This document shows positions 1 through 13,500 of a DNA stretch of 64,000 nucleotides, one piece after another. The translations under genes and the position numbers were made by a program. The DNA comes from Eledone cirrhosa. Its lineage: Eukaryota. Numbering within the stretch: the stretch's first letter is position 1; every line of letters begins with the position of its first letter. The stretch spans positions 339,388,001-339,452,000 of the forward strand of contig OZ024741.1 in NCBI GenBank assembly GCA_964016885.1, written 5' to 3'. The notes beneath the pieces are model-generated. The model made no database searches. It saw nothing but the letters and a program-made list of their open reading frames with translations, and had not been told where the DNA came from.

Positions 1-329
1 ATACACACATATATACATCCACATATCCACACACTCACACACACACACATCCACACACACACACACATAGATACACAGACACACACACAGATACATACAC
101 ACACACATCCACACAAAACCCTCTGAACTTTGTCTGTAGATCTGAAGAACCAATAAATAAATAAATACAAGAGATAAAGAAGAAGGATGATAAAACTGAA
201 TAAATCATGAGAAAGGGGTGAGGTGGGGGAGGGGGATTAGCAGATACCCCCACCCAAACACCCCACATATCATTTTTTTTTTTTGGCTTTTTTGTATTTG
301 CTACATTTTCCCCCTTTTTTCCTTTTTTT

Positions 330-332
<3 letters not shown>

Positions 333-373
<41 letters not shown>

Positions 374-399
374 ACACATATATGTACACACACACACAC

Positions 400-440
<41 letters not shown>

Positions 441-480
441 TACACACACACTCATGTATATATATATATATATATATATT

Positions 481-513
<33 letters not shown>

Positions 514-541
514 TTGTACTATACACACACACACACATGTG

Positions 542-573
<32 letters not shown>

Positions 574-602
574 TGTGTATATATATATATATATACACAC
601 AC

Positions 603-645
<43 letters not shown>

Positions 646-670
646 AGTGTGTGTATATATATATATATTA
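333..670. repeat. Compound (TA)n/(CA)n microsatellite
   Basis: Visible dinucleotide runs; the YIYI/THTH ORFs here are artefacts. Confidence 0.95.
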
Positions 671-1087
671 TTAGTACTATTTTTACAAAGAGATAAGGTA
701 GCTGGAGGAGAGGGGTTTTAGGACTAGCGGTGTGGGGGGGAGGGGTTGTAAGTGTTGTATGAGTGGGGAAGGTGTTGAAGGAATGGTGGTGGATGTGGGG
801 CAGGTGTGTGCAGATATTTGGCAGAGTGCTGTACTGGACTAAATGTCTTTTTTATGATATTTATTTAGTTTGATCAAAGAAGTGGCCAGTGGCTGATTAG
901 AGAAGCAGTAGAGCTTCAGATCAAACTGTTGGTACAGTTATTTCAACTCAAGGTCTTTTACTCCTTTACATCTTGATCTGGGTTCAAATCCTGCTGAGGA
1001 TAGTTGATCGGGGGGTGGGTGGGTGGGGGGAGATGATGTGGGGTTAGAATGGCTTTGATCATAGAGTTGCACAGTCAGAGCTGACTT

Positions 1088-1345
1088 CAACTTACACAAC
1101 TACAACAACAACAATGGCAACAACAAATACAAGTTACAATGACAACAACTATGACTACAACAATAACTACAACAGCAATGACTACAACAATAACTACAAC
1201 AATGACTACAACTACAAATACAACTATAACAACAACGACAACTATCATTATGACTACAATGACCACAACAACGACAACTATCATTATGACTACAATGACC
1301 ACAACAACAACAACAACTATGGCAGCAACAACAATAACTATAAAA
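1088..1345. repeat. Degenerate (ACA/ACT)n trinucleotide repeat
   Basis: Visible caa/cta/tga triplet array. Confidence 0.9.
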
Positions 1346-1544
1346 ATAATTGTTAGTCATGTACCTATGTAGAATTTTTTTCTTTTTGTATATTTATATA
1401 ATTTTAGCCTGTGGGAATGGGAGAAAAAGTTCTCAATACAGGAGGTAAGATATCAGTAACTTCAGTCTAAATGTTTCCACATACTAAAGCTGTTATTTTG
1501 TCAGTCATTTTGGATTAAAAACAAAAATACAAACACATACTCAT

Positions 1545-1845
1545 AGATGCTTGCTTGTCTGTGGTTGTCTACCAAATTTGGTGATTATCACTTTCAATTG
1601 TGGATCCTTTGGTAACTGTGAACCACCTATTGTTGATATGTAGTTTTTAATACAGGCAGAACATATAACTATGTTAGAGAGGCTAGCTGTTAATCCAGGT
1701 GGATGACTGCTTTCTTGCTTCTCTTGGTGGTATTGTGATATGTCTTCAATTCTCTTCCAACAATGAGAATACCAAAATGAATGATTGCTAGTGATGTCTT
1801 TCACTCTTCTTCAAAGTGGTTTTCATCTGGTCTTGGAACTGCTAC
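1545..1845 (-). mobile_element. Old, decayed 3' fragment of an RTE-like LINE ORF (C-terminal zinc-finger-like region)
   Basis: Minus translation KDITSNHSFW...VICSACIKNYISTIGGSQL resembles the RTE C-terminal W..lA.dR..W...C..C...SRIGL.SH pattern; stops upstream in all frames. Confidence 0.45.
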
Positions 1846-2284
1846 AGACACACACATGTGCATGCACACACACATATATGCATAAGCACACACACATATA
1901 TGCATAAGCACATACACATACATACACACACCTGTATGTGTATTTTTATTGTTTGTTCTTTTTTTTCCATATAAAGCTCATTCACTATAAACACTTGGTG
2001 GTTTATAACTTGCTATTGAAAATCTGTATAATGTTTACATGGTACAATACACAGGTGTGTCCTTTTCTTCTTTGCTCACTTATTCCTGAGAGGGTCTTAG
2101 TGGGTAGAACCCTCATTCACTCTTTCCAGAGGGTCCTATTGGAAGCAAACATCACCATATGATTTGAATGGATCCTGCAAGGCCAACTGAGCCATCTTGT
2201 TTGTTTTGCTTGAAAAATCTGTCCTGGCAGGTGTTCATTTAAATTACTCTAAAACTGTAAGAACATTTATATCCATATGTAGTA

Positions 2285-2475
2285 GCATGTAGTTTAGTAG
2301 TTAGGTTGTTAGGAACAGAATCATAAGGTCATGGCTTCAGTTTCTGACCTGGACAGCATGTTCTGTTCTTGAGCAAGGCATTTCACTTTTTTCAGGATAT
2401 GACAGGATTTCCCTATCATTAAAACACCTGAAAAACCTGCTATGAGATACAACCTTGTAGGAAGCCAGCAAAGTA
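2285..2475 (+). mobile_element. Degenerate tRNA-headed SINE
   Basis: tagtttagtagttag A-box-like head, ttcttgagcaaggcatttcac core as in the SINE at 28010; 3' part matches the reverse complement of 32861-32960. Confidence 0.55.
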
Positions 2476-2549
2476 TGAATAGGTGGGAGCTTGTAAATTT
2501 CATTGTATTTTTAGGGTTTTTTTTCAAATACAACAGATAAAAATTATTT

Positions 2550-3483
2550 GGTATCAACCCTTTTAAACATATCATGTGATAAGAAGGAATATGGTATATA
2601 TTGTTGGTGTCAATCCTTCTAGTCATATCATGTGATAACAAGGGATATGGTATATATTGTTGGTGTCAATCCTTCTAGTCATATCATGTGATAACAAGGG
2701 ATATGGTATATATTGTTGGTGTCAATCCTTCTAGTCATATCATGTGATAAGAAGGAATATGGTATATATTGTTGGTGTCAATCCTTCTAGTCATATCATG
2801 TGATAATGAGGGATACAGTATATATTGTTGGTGTCAATCCTTCTAGTCATATCATGTGATAACAAGGGATATGGTATATATTGTTGGTGTCAATCCTTCT
2901 AGTCATATCATGTGATAATGAGGGATACAGTATATATTGTTGGTGTCAATCCTTCTAGTCATATCATGTGATAACAAGGGATATGGTATATATTATTCGT
3001 GTCAATCCTTCTAGTCATATCATATGATAATGAGGGATATGGTATATATTGTTGGTGTCAATCCTTCTAGTCATATCATGTGAAAACGAGGGATATAGTA
3101 TATATTGTTAGTGTCGACCCTCTAGTCATATCATATGATAATGAGGGATATGGTATATATTGTTGGTGTCAATCCTTCCAGTCATATCATGTGATAATGA
3201 GAGATATGGTATATATTGTTGGTGTCGACCCTCTAGTCATATCATGTGATAATGAGAGATATGGTATGTATTGCTGGTGTCAATCCTTCCAGTCATATCA
3301 TGTGATAATGAGAGATATGGTATGTATTGCTGGTGTCAATCCTTCCAGTCATATCATGTGATAATGAGAGATATGGTATGTATTGCTGGTGTCAATCCTT
3401 CCAGTCATATCATATAATAACAAGGGATATGGTATGTATTGTTAGTGTCGACCTTCTAGTGATATCATATGATAAGAAGGGAT
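2550..3483. repeat. 56-bp minisatellite, about 16 copies
   Basis: Unit catatcatgtgataacaagggatatggtatatattgttggtgtcaatccttctagt; period 56 checked (2609 to 2665). Confidence 0.95.
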
Positions 3484-3629
3484 CCAATACACATTGATAC
3501 TGAATTGTCTCAGTTTGTTGAAAACCTTTATATTTTCTATATTCTTTGCTTGTGTTATATATTTGCTAGTGGCTAGAATCTTTTAATTTTCTAATAAAGC
3601 TATAAGTCTGATATCACCCCTTACATTGA

Positions 3630-6089
3630 GACTAGTCATGTAACTTATTGTGGGTGGCTGAAGAGGTGGGACTAAGTTATGTAACGTATTGTGGGTGGCT
3701 GAAGAGGTGGGACTAAGTTATGTAAGTTATTGTGGATGACTGAAGAGGTGGGACTAAGTCATGTAACTTATTGTGGATAGCTGAAGAGGTGGGACTAAGT
3801 TATGTAACTTATTGTGGATGACTGAAGAGGTGGGACTAAGTTATGTAACGTATTGTGGATGACTGAAGAGGTGGGACTAAGTCATGTAACTTATTGTGGA
3901 TGACTGAAGAGGTGGGACTAAGTTATGTAACTTATTGTGGATGACTGAAGAGGTGGGACTAAGTTATGTAACTTATTGTGGATGACTGAAGAGGTGGGAC
4001 TAAGTTATGTAACGTATTGTGGATGGCTGAAGAGGTGGGACTAAGTTATGTAACTTATTGTGGATGACTGAAGAGGTGGGACTAAGTTATGTAACGTATT
4101 GTGGATGACTGAAGAGGTGGGACTAAGTTATGTAACGTATTGTGGATGGCTGAAGAGGTGGGACTAAGTTATGTAACGTATTGTGGATGACTGAAGAGGT
4201 GGGACTAAGTTATGTAACGTATTGTGGATGACTGAAGAGGTGGGACTAAGTCATGTAACTTATTGTGGATGACTGAAGAGGTGGGACTAAGTTATGTAAC
4301 GTATTGTGGATGACTGAAGAGGTGGGACTAAGTTATGTAACGTATTGTGGGTGGCTGAAGGGGTGGGACTAAGTCATGTAACTTATTGTGGGTGGCTGAA
4401 GAGGTGGGACTAAGTTATGTAACTTATTGTGGGTGGCTGAAGATGAGGGACTAAGTTATGTAACTTATTGTGGGTGGCTGAAGAGGTGGGACTAAGTTAT
4501 GTAACTTATTGTGGGTGGCTGAAGATGAGGGACTAAGTTATGTAACTTATTGTGGGTGGCTGAAGAGGTGGGACTAAGTTATGTAACTTATTGTGGGTGG
4601 CTGAAGAGGTGGGACTAAGTTATGTAACTTATTGTGGGTGGCTGAAGGGGTGGGACTAAGTTATGTAACTTATTGTGGATGACTGAAGAGGTGGGACTAA
4701 GTTATGTAACGTATTGTGGATGACTGAAGAGGTGGGACTAAGTTATGTAACGTATTGTGGGTGGCTGAAGGGGTGGGACTAAGTTATGTAACGTATTGTG
4801 GGTGGCTGAAGAGGAGGGACTAAGTTATGTAACGTATTGTGGGTGGCTGAAGGGGTGGGACTAAGTTATGTAACGTATTGTGGGTGGCTGAAGAGGTGGG
4901 ACTAAGTTATGTAACTTATTGTGGATGACTGAAGAGGTGGGACTAAGTTATGTAACGTATTGTGGGTGGCTGAAGGGGTGGGACTAAGTTATGTAACGTA
5001 TTGTGGGTGGCTGAAGAGGTGGGACTAAGTTATGTAACTTATTGTGGGTGGCTGAAGGGGTGGGACTAAGTTATGTAACTTATTGTGGATGACTGAAGAG
5101 GTGGGACTAAGTTATGTAACTTATTGTGGGTGGCTGAAGGGGTGGGACTAAGTTATGTAACTTATTGTGGATGACTGAAGAGGTGGGACTAAGTTATGTA
5201 ACTTATTGTGGGTGGCTGAAGGGGTGGGACTAAGTTATGTAACTTATTGTGGGTGGCTGAAGGGGTGGGACTAAGTTATGTAACGTATTGTGGGTGGCTG
5301 AAGAGGTGGGACTAAGTTATGTAACGTATTGTGGGTGGCTGAAGAGGTGGGACTAAGTTATGTAACGTATTGTGGGTGGCTGAAGAGGTGGGACTAAGTT
5401 ATGTAACTTATTGTGGGTGGCTGAAGATGAGGGACTAAGTTATGTAACTTATTGTGGGTGGCTGAAGATGAGGGACTAAGTTATGTAACTTATTGTGGGT
5501 GGCTGAAGATGAGGGACTAAGTTATGTAACGTATTGTGGGTGGCTGAAGATGAGGGACTAAGTTATGTAAGTTATTGTGGGTGGCTGAAGGGGTGGGACT
5601 AAGTTATGTAACGTATTGTGGGTGGCTGAAGGGGTGGGACTAAGTTATGTAACGTATTGTGGATGACTGAAGAGGTGGGACTAAGTTATGTAACGTATTG
5701 TGGGTGGCTGAAGATGAGGGACTAAGTTATGTAACTTATTGTGGATGACTGAAGAGGTGGGACTAAGTTATGTAACGTATTGTGGGTGGCTGAAGAGGTG
5801 GGACTAAGTTATGTAACGTATTGTGGGTGGCTGAAGATGAGGGACTAAGTTATGTAAGTTATTGTGGGTGGCTGAAGGGGTGGGACTAAGTTATGTAACG
5901 TATTGTGGGTGGCTGAAGGGGTGGGACTAAGTTATGTAACGTATTGTGGGTGGCTGAAGATGAGGGACTAAGTTATGTAACGTATTGTGGGTGGCGGAAG
6001 AGGTGGGACTAAGTTATGTAACTTATTGTGGGTGGCTGAAGAGGTGGGACTAAGTTATGTAACTTATTGTGGGTGGCTGAAGAGGTGGG
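3630..6089. repeat. 41-bp minisatellite, about 60 copies
   Basis: Unit gggactaagttatgtaacttattgtgggtggctgaagaggt; period 41 checked (3668 to 3709). Confidence 0.97.
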
Positions 6090-6160
6090 CATTGTTTCCC
6101 CATATCTTCTCTTCATATCTCCCTGTCTTGTCTCTTTGTTGTGCTATTTGCTACACACGC

Positions 6161-6221
<61 letters not shown>

Positions 6222-6254
6222 ACACACACATTTGCATCATGATGATGGTTTTAT

Positions 6255-6890
6255 ATGTAGATGTCATGACAAAAAGCACCCAACCCACACTGTAAAGTGA
6301 TCGTGTAGGTGTCATGACAAAAAGCACCCAGTCCACACTGTAAAGTGGTCGTGTAGATGTCATGACAAAAAGCACCCAACCCACACTGTATGGTGGTCGT
6401 GTAGGTGTCATGACAAAAAGCACCCAGTTCACACTGTAAAGTCATGTAGATGTCATGACAAAAAGCACCCTGTACACACTGTAAAGTAGTCATGTTGGCG
6501 TCACGAGAAAAAGCACTCAGTCCACTCTGTAAAGTATTTGTGTAGGTGTCATGACAAAAAGCACCCTGTACACACTGTGAAGTAGTCATGTTGGTGTCAC
6601 GAGAAAAAACACCCAACCCACTCTGTAAAGTAGTCATGTAGATGTCATGACAAAAAGCACCCAGTCCACTCTGTAAAGTGGTCATGTAGGTGTTATGACA
6701 AAAAGCACCCACTACACACCGTAGATGTGGTAGGTATTAGGAAGGGCATCCAGCTAAAGAAACCAAGTCAAAATCAGTTGTGTATGAACAAGACATGGTC
6801 ACCTGATCTGACCTACCTTACAACAGGACAACTCGTCTCACCTGTGCTAGCGAGGAATAAAAATAGACGTTAAACGGTGATGATGATGAT
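6255..6890 (+). mobile_element. SINE/RTE-tail element with about 10 tandem 48-bp internal units
   Basis: Unit gtgtaggtgtcatgacaaaaagcacccagtccacactgtaaagtggtc, then ttaggaagggcatccagct...gacgttaaac(gat)n tail. Confidence 0.8.
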
Positions 6891-7178
6891 ATATGATATA
6901 GCTATGATGATGATCATGATAGTGATGGGGATGATGGTTAATGAAGATAATGAGGATGTTAGTGATGATGGCAAGTGATCATGGTCATGATCATTGTGAT
7001 GATGATGATGATGATGATGATCATGAGTCATGGTGATGATGATGATGATGATCTTGATAGTGATGATGATCACGATTATGATAATGATGGTGATGATGGT
7101 GATGATAGTGATGGCAAATGATGATGACCATGATGAAGATAGTAATGAGGGTGATGATGATAATGATGGTGGTGGTGG

Positions 7179-7222
<44 letters not shown>

Positions 7223-7592
7223 GTGTTGGTGATGACATTGATGATCTTGATAGTGATGGTGATGATGATGCTGATCTTGATAGAGATGGTGATGATGATG
7301 GTGGTGGTGGTGATGACATTGATCATCTTGATAGTGATGGTGATGATGACATTGATGGTGATGGTGATATTGATGATGACGATGATGATGGCAATGATGA
7401 TGGAAAAAGTGATGGTAATGATGATAGTGATGAGATTGATGATGGTGGAGTAAGTGATGGTGATGATGATATTGATGATGATGATGGTGAATGATCATGA
7501 TAAGGATAATGTTGCTGATGATAACGATCATGATGATGATGATGATGATAATAATGATGGTAATGATAATGATGATGATGATGATGATGATG
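6880..7592. repeat. Expanded degenerate (GAT)n tract extending from the retroposon tail
   Basis: Visible; poly-D/H/M ORFs are artefacts. Confidence 0.9.
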
Positions 7593-8199
7593 GTACAGTT
7601 TTTCAGCCAAGCCATTTCCACTGCTAGGCACCACCATCTTTGGCTAACATCCAACAACACATGAAGTCGATTTCAAGATAAATCCACCATGGTTTTTTGT
7701 ATCAATGGTTCTTTTCATTTATTTTATGTTACTTCTACATAGGTTTTTTTTTCTGTGTATGTGTAAGTATGTATGTATGTGTGTGTGTGTGCGTGTGTGT
7801 GTGTGTGTGTGTGTGCTTGTGTGATGTATGTATATTTTTGTGATGTATGTGTGTATCTGTATGTATATGCGTATATGTATATATGTGTATGTAGGTATGT
7901 GTGTACGTTAATATGTATGTATATGTACGTACACTATTTGTTTACAGTGCTATGTCATGGTACACATTGAAAAGACAAAAAAAGAAATAGACAGTGAGGG
8001 ACAGAGAGAGGTAGAGAGAGAGGTGAGAGAGTGAGAGAGAGAGAGAGGGCGAGAGAGAGGAGAGAAACGGTGATAAAAAAAAGAAAACCCACCAGCTATG
8101 ATCTGAGATATTTCTAATGAATGTTGCAATATCAAACATTGTCTCTATATATATATATATCTATATATATATATATATATCTATATATATATATATATA

Positions 8200-8257
<58 letters not shown>

Positions 8258-8532
8258 CACGCACACATATATGTGTGCATACATACATGCACAGGTATAC
8301 ACATGCAGATATATGTATATATATATGTGTGTGTGTGTATATATGTGTATATGTGTGTGTGTGTGTGTGTGTATGTGTATATGAGTGTGCATACATACAT
8401 ATATGTGTGTGTATGTGTTTGTGTGTATATGTGTGTGCATACATACATATATGTATGTATCTATATGTACGTATGTGTGCGTGGGTGTATATGTATATAT
8501 GTACTTATGTATATAAGTATATATATATATAT

Positions 8533-8658
8533 AACGAAGGAGGTGTGGTAAGGAACCAGATAGACCATAACGCACCAGAGTACTCAATACTTAGGGTAGT
8601 AGAGTCCAGAAATAGTCATCAAAACGGTTTGAGCTCTGCCGTCGGGGTCAAACATTTT

Positions 8659-8662
<4 letters not shown>
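8533..8662. mobile_element. Small (TA)n-embedded repeat, related to 28356-28511
   Basis: Shares gagtactcaatacttagggtagtagagt and ccagaaatag...gagctctgccgtcggggtcaaacattttcctata. Confidence 0.7.
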
Positions 8663-8694
<32 letters not shown>

Positions 8695-8699
<5 letters not shown>

Positions 8700-9000
8700 T
8701 GTCTGAGAGGGATAGAATGTAGTGTGCGAGAGAGGAGACTGCGGTGGTATGGACATGTGATGCACATGGAGGATGACCGATGGGTGAAGAAGTGCCAGGA
8801 AATGCCAGTTGAAGGAAGACGTGGTAGAGGTAGACCACGTAAAACATGGGCGGAGGTGGTGAGAACAGATCTCAGATTGCTGAAGCTCACGGTGGAGATG
8901 ACGAAGGACCGTGACAAGTGGAGAGATGCTGTGCTGAATAGGACCCGTCCCACCCTTGCAAGCAGGGAAGAGCGGATGTATGATGATGATGATGATGGTG
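8695..9000 (+). mobile_element. 3' fragment of RTE LINE, subfamily B
   Basis: RERRLRWYGHV..M....VKKC....VEGRRGRGRPRKTW motif; tail cccacccttgcaagcagggaa..(gat)n; matches reverse complement of 55535-55843. Confidence 0.9.
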
Positions 9001-9071
9001 ATATTTATATATATATATATTTAACAAGTAAATGTTTTGAAATTAGAAAATAGAATAGCTTTCACCGTATT

Positions 9072-9572
<501 letters not shown>

Positions 9573-9573
9573 T

Positions 9574-10182
9574 GTCAGGTCACCAGTTGGTGCTACTGGT
9601 AACATGTATCCCAGTACAACATGTCTCATGGTCGGGTGATTGGCGACTAAACTGGCAACCCCACCAAGGTTTCTTGGTGAGGAGGGTGACTTTGGACATC
9701 CTGCAGGACTAAAACCAAAACCTGTCAAAGGGCAAAGGAGCTCTTAAGAGTCAATGACCATCCAAAATTACTGGGAAAGATGACCCCTTAGCCTTTGTCA
9801 AGGCAGAATTCTAGGAGAAGGAAAACTCTGATATAGCACCTGCAACCCTGATGGTATCCAATGATGTTGACTTGTTCTTCTTTTTGGTAAATATCATCTT
9901 GGTTAAGAGAGTGTGACTGGCTTTGTGCAGTGCCTTTGCTCACTATAAAAGCTTCACGGCACAGGCATTGCTTTATATCTGGAGATCTCTCTGCACTTGT
10001 TGTCACATGGTACCATGGGCCCAGCACTATGTGTCAGTAATTGTCACAAGTGTAGTGTTTGTACCAGAGTTTTCAAGTCACTGGCTGGACTAAAATGTCA
10101 CACTCGTTCAGCGCATCAGTAGGGGTTCTCCTACATGGATATAAAGTAGTGGCCGTACTCGAAAACGAGTTGGCAGCCACCA
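9574..10182 (+). mobile_element. RTE-type 5' UTR-like repeat (non-autonomous derivative)
   Basis: Colinear with 38004-38490 (gtgctactggtaacatgta...ggcgactaaactggcaaccccacc...aaactctga), which there precedes decayed RTE coding sequence. Confidence 0.6.
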
Positions 10183-10508
10183 TATATATATATATATATA
10201 TATGTAAATGGAATAGAATGAAACGAAATTTCATTTCTCACTCTTAGTATGGCACTTACTTAAATGTATGTATGTATGTATACGTACATACATATATGTA
10301 TACAGACGTACAGTAGTATGTATATATATACATACTACTGTACGTCTGTATACATATATATGTATGTACGTATACATACATACATACTTACATTTATATA
10401 TATGTATATATATATATATATACTTATATATATATATAAATATATATATATATAAATATATATATCATCATCATCATCATCATATATATATATATATATA
10501 TATATATC

Positions 10509-13500
10509 AATGCCAAAGTTAAAGACAAACACACCTCGTGGACGAGAATGCGAGCATGCCTCTTTGTTGCGGCCGCGGATGGCTAACACAACCCCATCTC
10601 CCCCCTCTCCCCACCTTTCCCACCCCCCAAACGCAATCCAAAACTTCAGATTTGGTACCATGAATGTAGGCACCTTAAAGGGTCGCTCTAACGAGGTTGT
10701 AGAAATGCTTGAACGTAAGGAGGTCGATGTTTGTTGTATTCAAGAGACCAGGTGGAGGGGTGGATCTGCTAGATTCATTGTGGGTAGAAAACGATGCTAT
10801 AAGCTTTTCTGGGTGGGAAATGACAATGGGCTGGGTGGAGTAGGAATCATGGTGGCAGAAAAGTGGGCAGATAAGATAATAGACGTAAATAGAGTGAACG
10901 ACAGAATAATTAAAATAAGACTTGTCCTCAATAGAACCACGGTGACAGTAATATCTGCATACGCACCCCAATCCGGACTGCCCAGCACTATAAAAGACAG
11001 ATTCTATGAGACACTGATGCTCACTACCTCCCAATTAACCGACAGTGACTATATAATTATTGCAGGCGACCTAAACGGTCACGTTGGACAACATTGTGAC
11101 GGCTACGACGAAATCCATGGAGGCTATGGGTTTGGTACTAGAAATGAGGAAGGCTCCAGAATCCTGGAATTCTGTGACGCAAATAACCTAACTATCTGTA
11201 ACACTAACTTCAAAAAACGAGACAATCACTTGATCACCTACAGATCAGGGGAACATTCCAGCCAGGTAGATTATATCCTTACCAGAAGACGTGACAAAGT
11301 GACTGTTGTAAACACTAAATCCCTCCCCCATGAAGAATGCACCTCCCAACATAGACTGATAATTAGCGACCTAATAGTCAGGACGAGACGTACTAGACAA
11401 CAGAAGAGGACTACCCTCAGGAGAAAAATATGGAAGCTAAAGGACCCCACAGCCAAAAATAAATTCCAAAGTATATTACTTGATGCGTTCGACAGTAAGG
11501 AAGAGCAATTAGAGTCGTACAAGGTAGAGGAACAGTGGGAATTCCTGAAAGCAAACCTGCTGACGGCGACAGACGAAGTCTGTGGCTGGAGCAGGCCTGT
11601 AGGCAGGAGGAGAGTAACATGGTGGTGGAACAGTAAGGTGGAGGGGTCAATTAAGGCCAAAAAGCAGGCTTGGAAAGTATGGCGGGATGGGGGAAGCAGA
11701 GAAGACTATCAAGTGGCCAGGAGGGAAGCTAGGAGACAAGTGTACTTCGCAAGAAGGGAAGCAGAGGAAAGAAAGTTCAAGCATGTTCTACAACGTGAGG
11801 ACCAAAAACGTGAGGTGTTCAGGATTGCTAGGCAATGTGTCAAGGAAAACCGTGATATTGTCGGGGAGAAGTGTGTACTTAACGATGACGGCGTACTTGC
11901 CATCACCGACGCTGATAAGAAGGTAGCTTGGAAGTGTCACTATGAAAGGCTACTAAATGAGGAGAATAAATGGGAGAAAGACAGTCTCCCCCACATCGAC
12001 CCAATAGAGGGACCAGCAGTGTTAGTCGAGGGTAGTATAATAAGTAAGGCAATCAAAGATATGAAGACAGGCAAGGCGGCTGGGCCTTCGGAAATAGTTG
12101 CCGAGATGCTGAAGGCATCTGGTACGGTGGGACACACCATGGTCACCCGGATAGTCAACCAAGTCATACAGAATGGGGTTGTTCCGAAGGACTGGCGTAG
12201 CAGCATCATCGTTAACTGTTATAAGGGTAAAGAAGATGCCCTAGATAGGAGTAATTATAGAGGCATTAAATTAATCGACCAGGTCATGAAGGTCACGGAA
12301 AAAGTAATAGCGCAACTAATCAGAGAGCGAATTGATCTAGATGAAATGCAGTCTGGGTTTGTGTCAGGAAAAAGTACCACAGACGCTCTTTTCATTGTAC
12401 GACAACTACAGGAGAAGTACCTAGCTAAAAGTAAACCCCTATACTTAGCCTTTGTCGACTTGGAGAAAGCCTTCGACAGAGTCCCCCGTTCCATTATCTG
12501 GTGGGCTCTTAGAAAACTAGGTGTTGATGAATGGCTTGTGAGAGCTATACAAGCCATGTATAAAGAAACAGTCAGCAAGGTTAGAATTAACAACGAATAT
12601 AGTGAAGAGTTTAGTGTAAAAGTTGGTGCTCATCAGGGATCTGTTCTTAGCCCCCTACTATTTATTATTGCCCTCCAGGCTATAACAGTGGAGTTCAAGA
12701 CCGGCTGCCCATGGGAACTCCTATACGCAGATGATCTAACGCTCATAGCTGAATCAATGGCCGAGCTAGAGAAGAAATTCCAAACATGGAAGCACGGCCT
12801 AGAATCTAAAGGTCTTAAAATTAACCTGGCTAAGACTAAAGTTCTAGTTTGAAAGAAAGAAAATAAGGCGGCGGTCCCCTACGGGAAGTGGCCATGCGCA
12901 GAGTGTAGGAAAGGCGTAGGTAGAAACTCCATTTTGTGTCCCAAATGCAAAGTTTGGGTGCATAAAAGATGTAGTGGTATCACAGGTAAGCTAACTAAGA
13001 ACATAGATTTTACATGTGGCCAGTGTTCCGGCGCAATAAGTAGCAGCAAGTGCCCACAAAATACTAGCTCTTTCAGCTGCGCAGAGGGTTCTATAGAAAT
13101 AGTGGACAGCTTCCGTTACCTGGGTGACAAAATCAGCAGTGGGGGAGGGTGCTCTGAAAGTACAGTAGCTAGAGTCAGAACTGGGTGGAAAAAGTTCAGA
13201 GAGCTTATACCACTATTAGCTGCTAAAGGGTTCTCCCTAAAAATGAAAGGCAGGTTGTATGATGCCTGCATATGAACAGCAATGTTGCATGGCAGTGAGA
13301 CCTGGGCATTGTGTGCAGAAGATATACGCAGACTAGAGAGAAACGAAGCTTGCATGCTCCGCTGGATGTGTAATAGTAATATACGTGAACGACAAAGCAT
13401 AAACGAACTAAGGAAAAAATTAGAAATAAGAGGGATCAGATGTTGTCTACTCGAGAGAAGGCTACGTTGGTATGGTCATGTAATGCGCATGAAGGATGAT

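Noticed and set aside
3630-6089. CTGAAGA hammerhead core in every 41-bp unit
   Set aside because: No GAAA and no stem I or II pairing follow
6870-7660. Asp-rich or His-rich ORFs (biomineral-like)
   Set aside because: Expanded (GAT)n retroposon tail
10675-12593. Antisense ORFs over the RTE
   Set aside because: Shadows of the sense coding sequence
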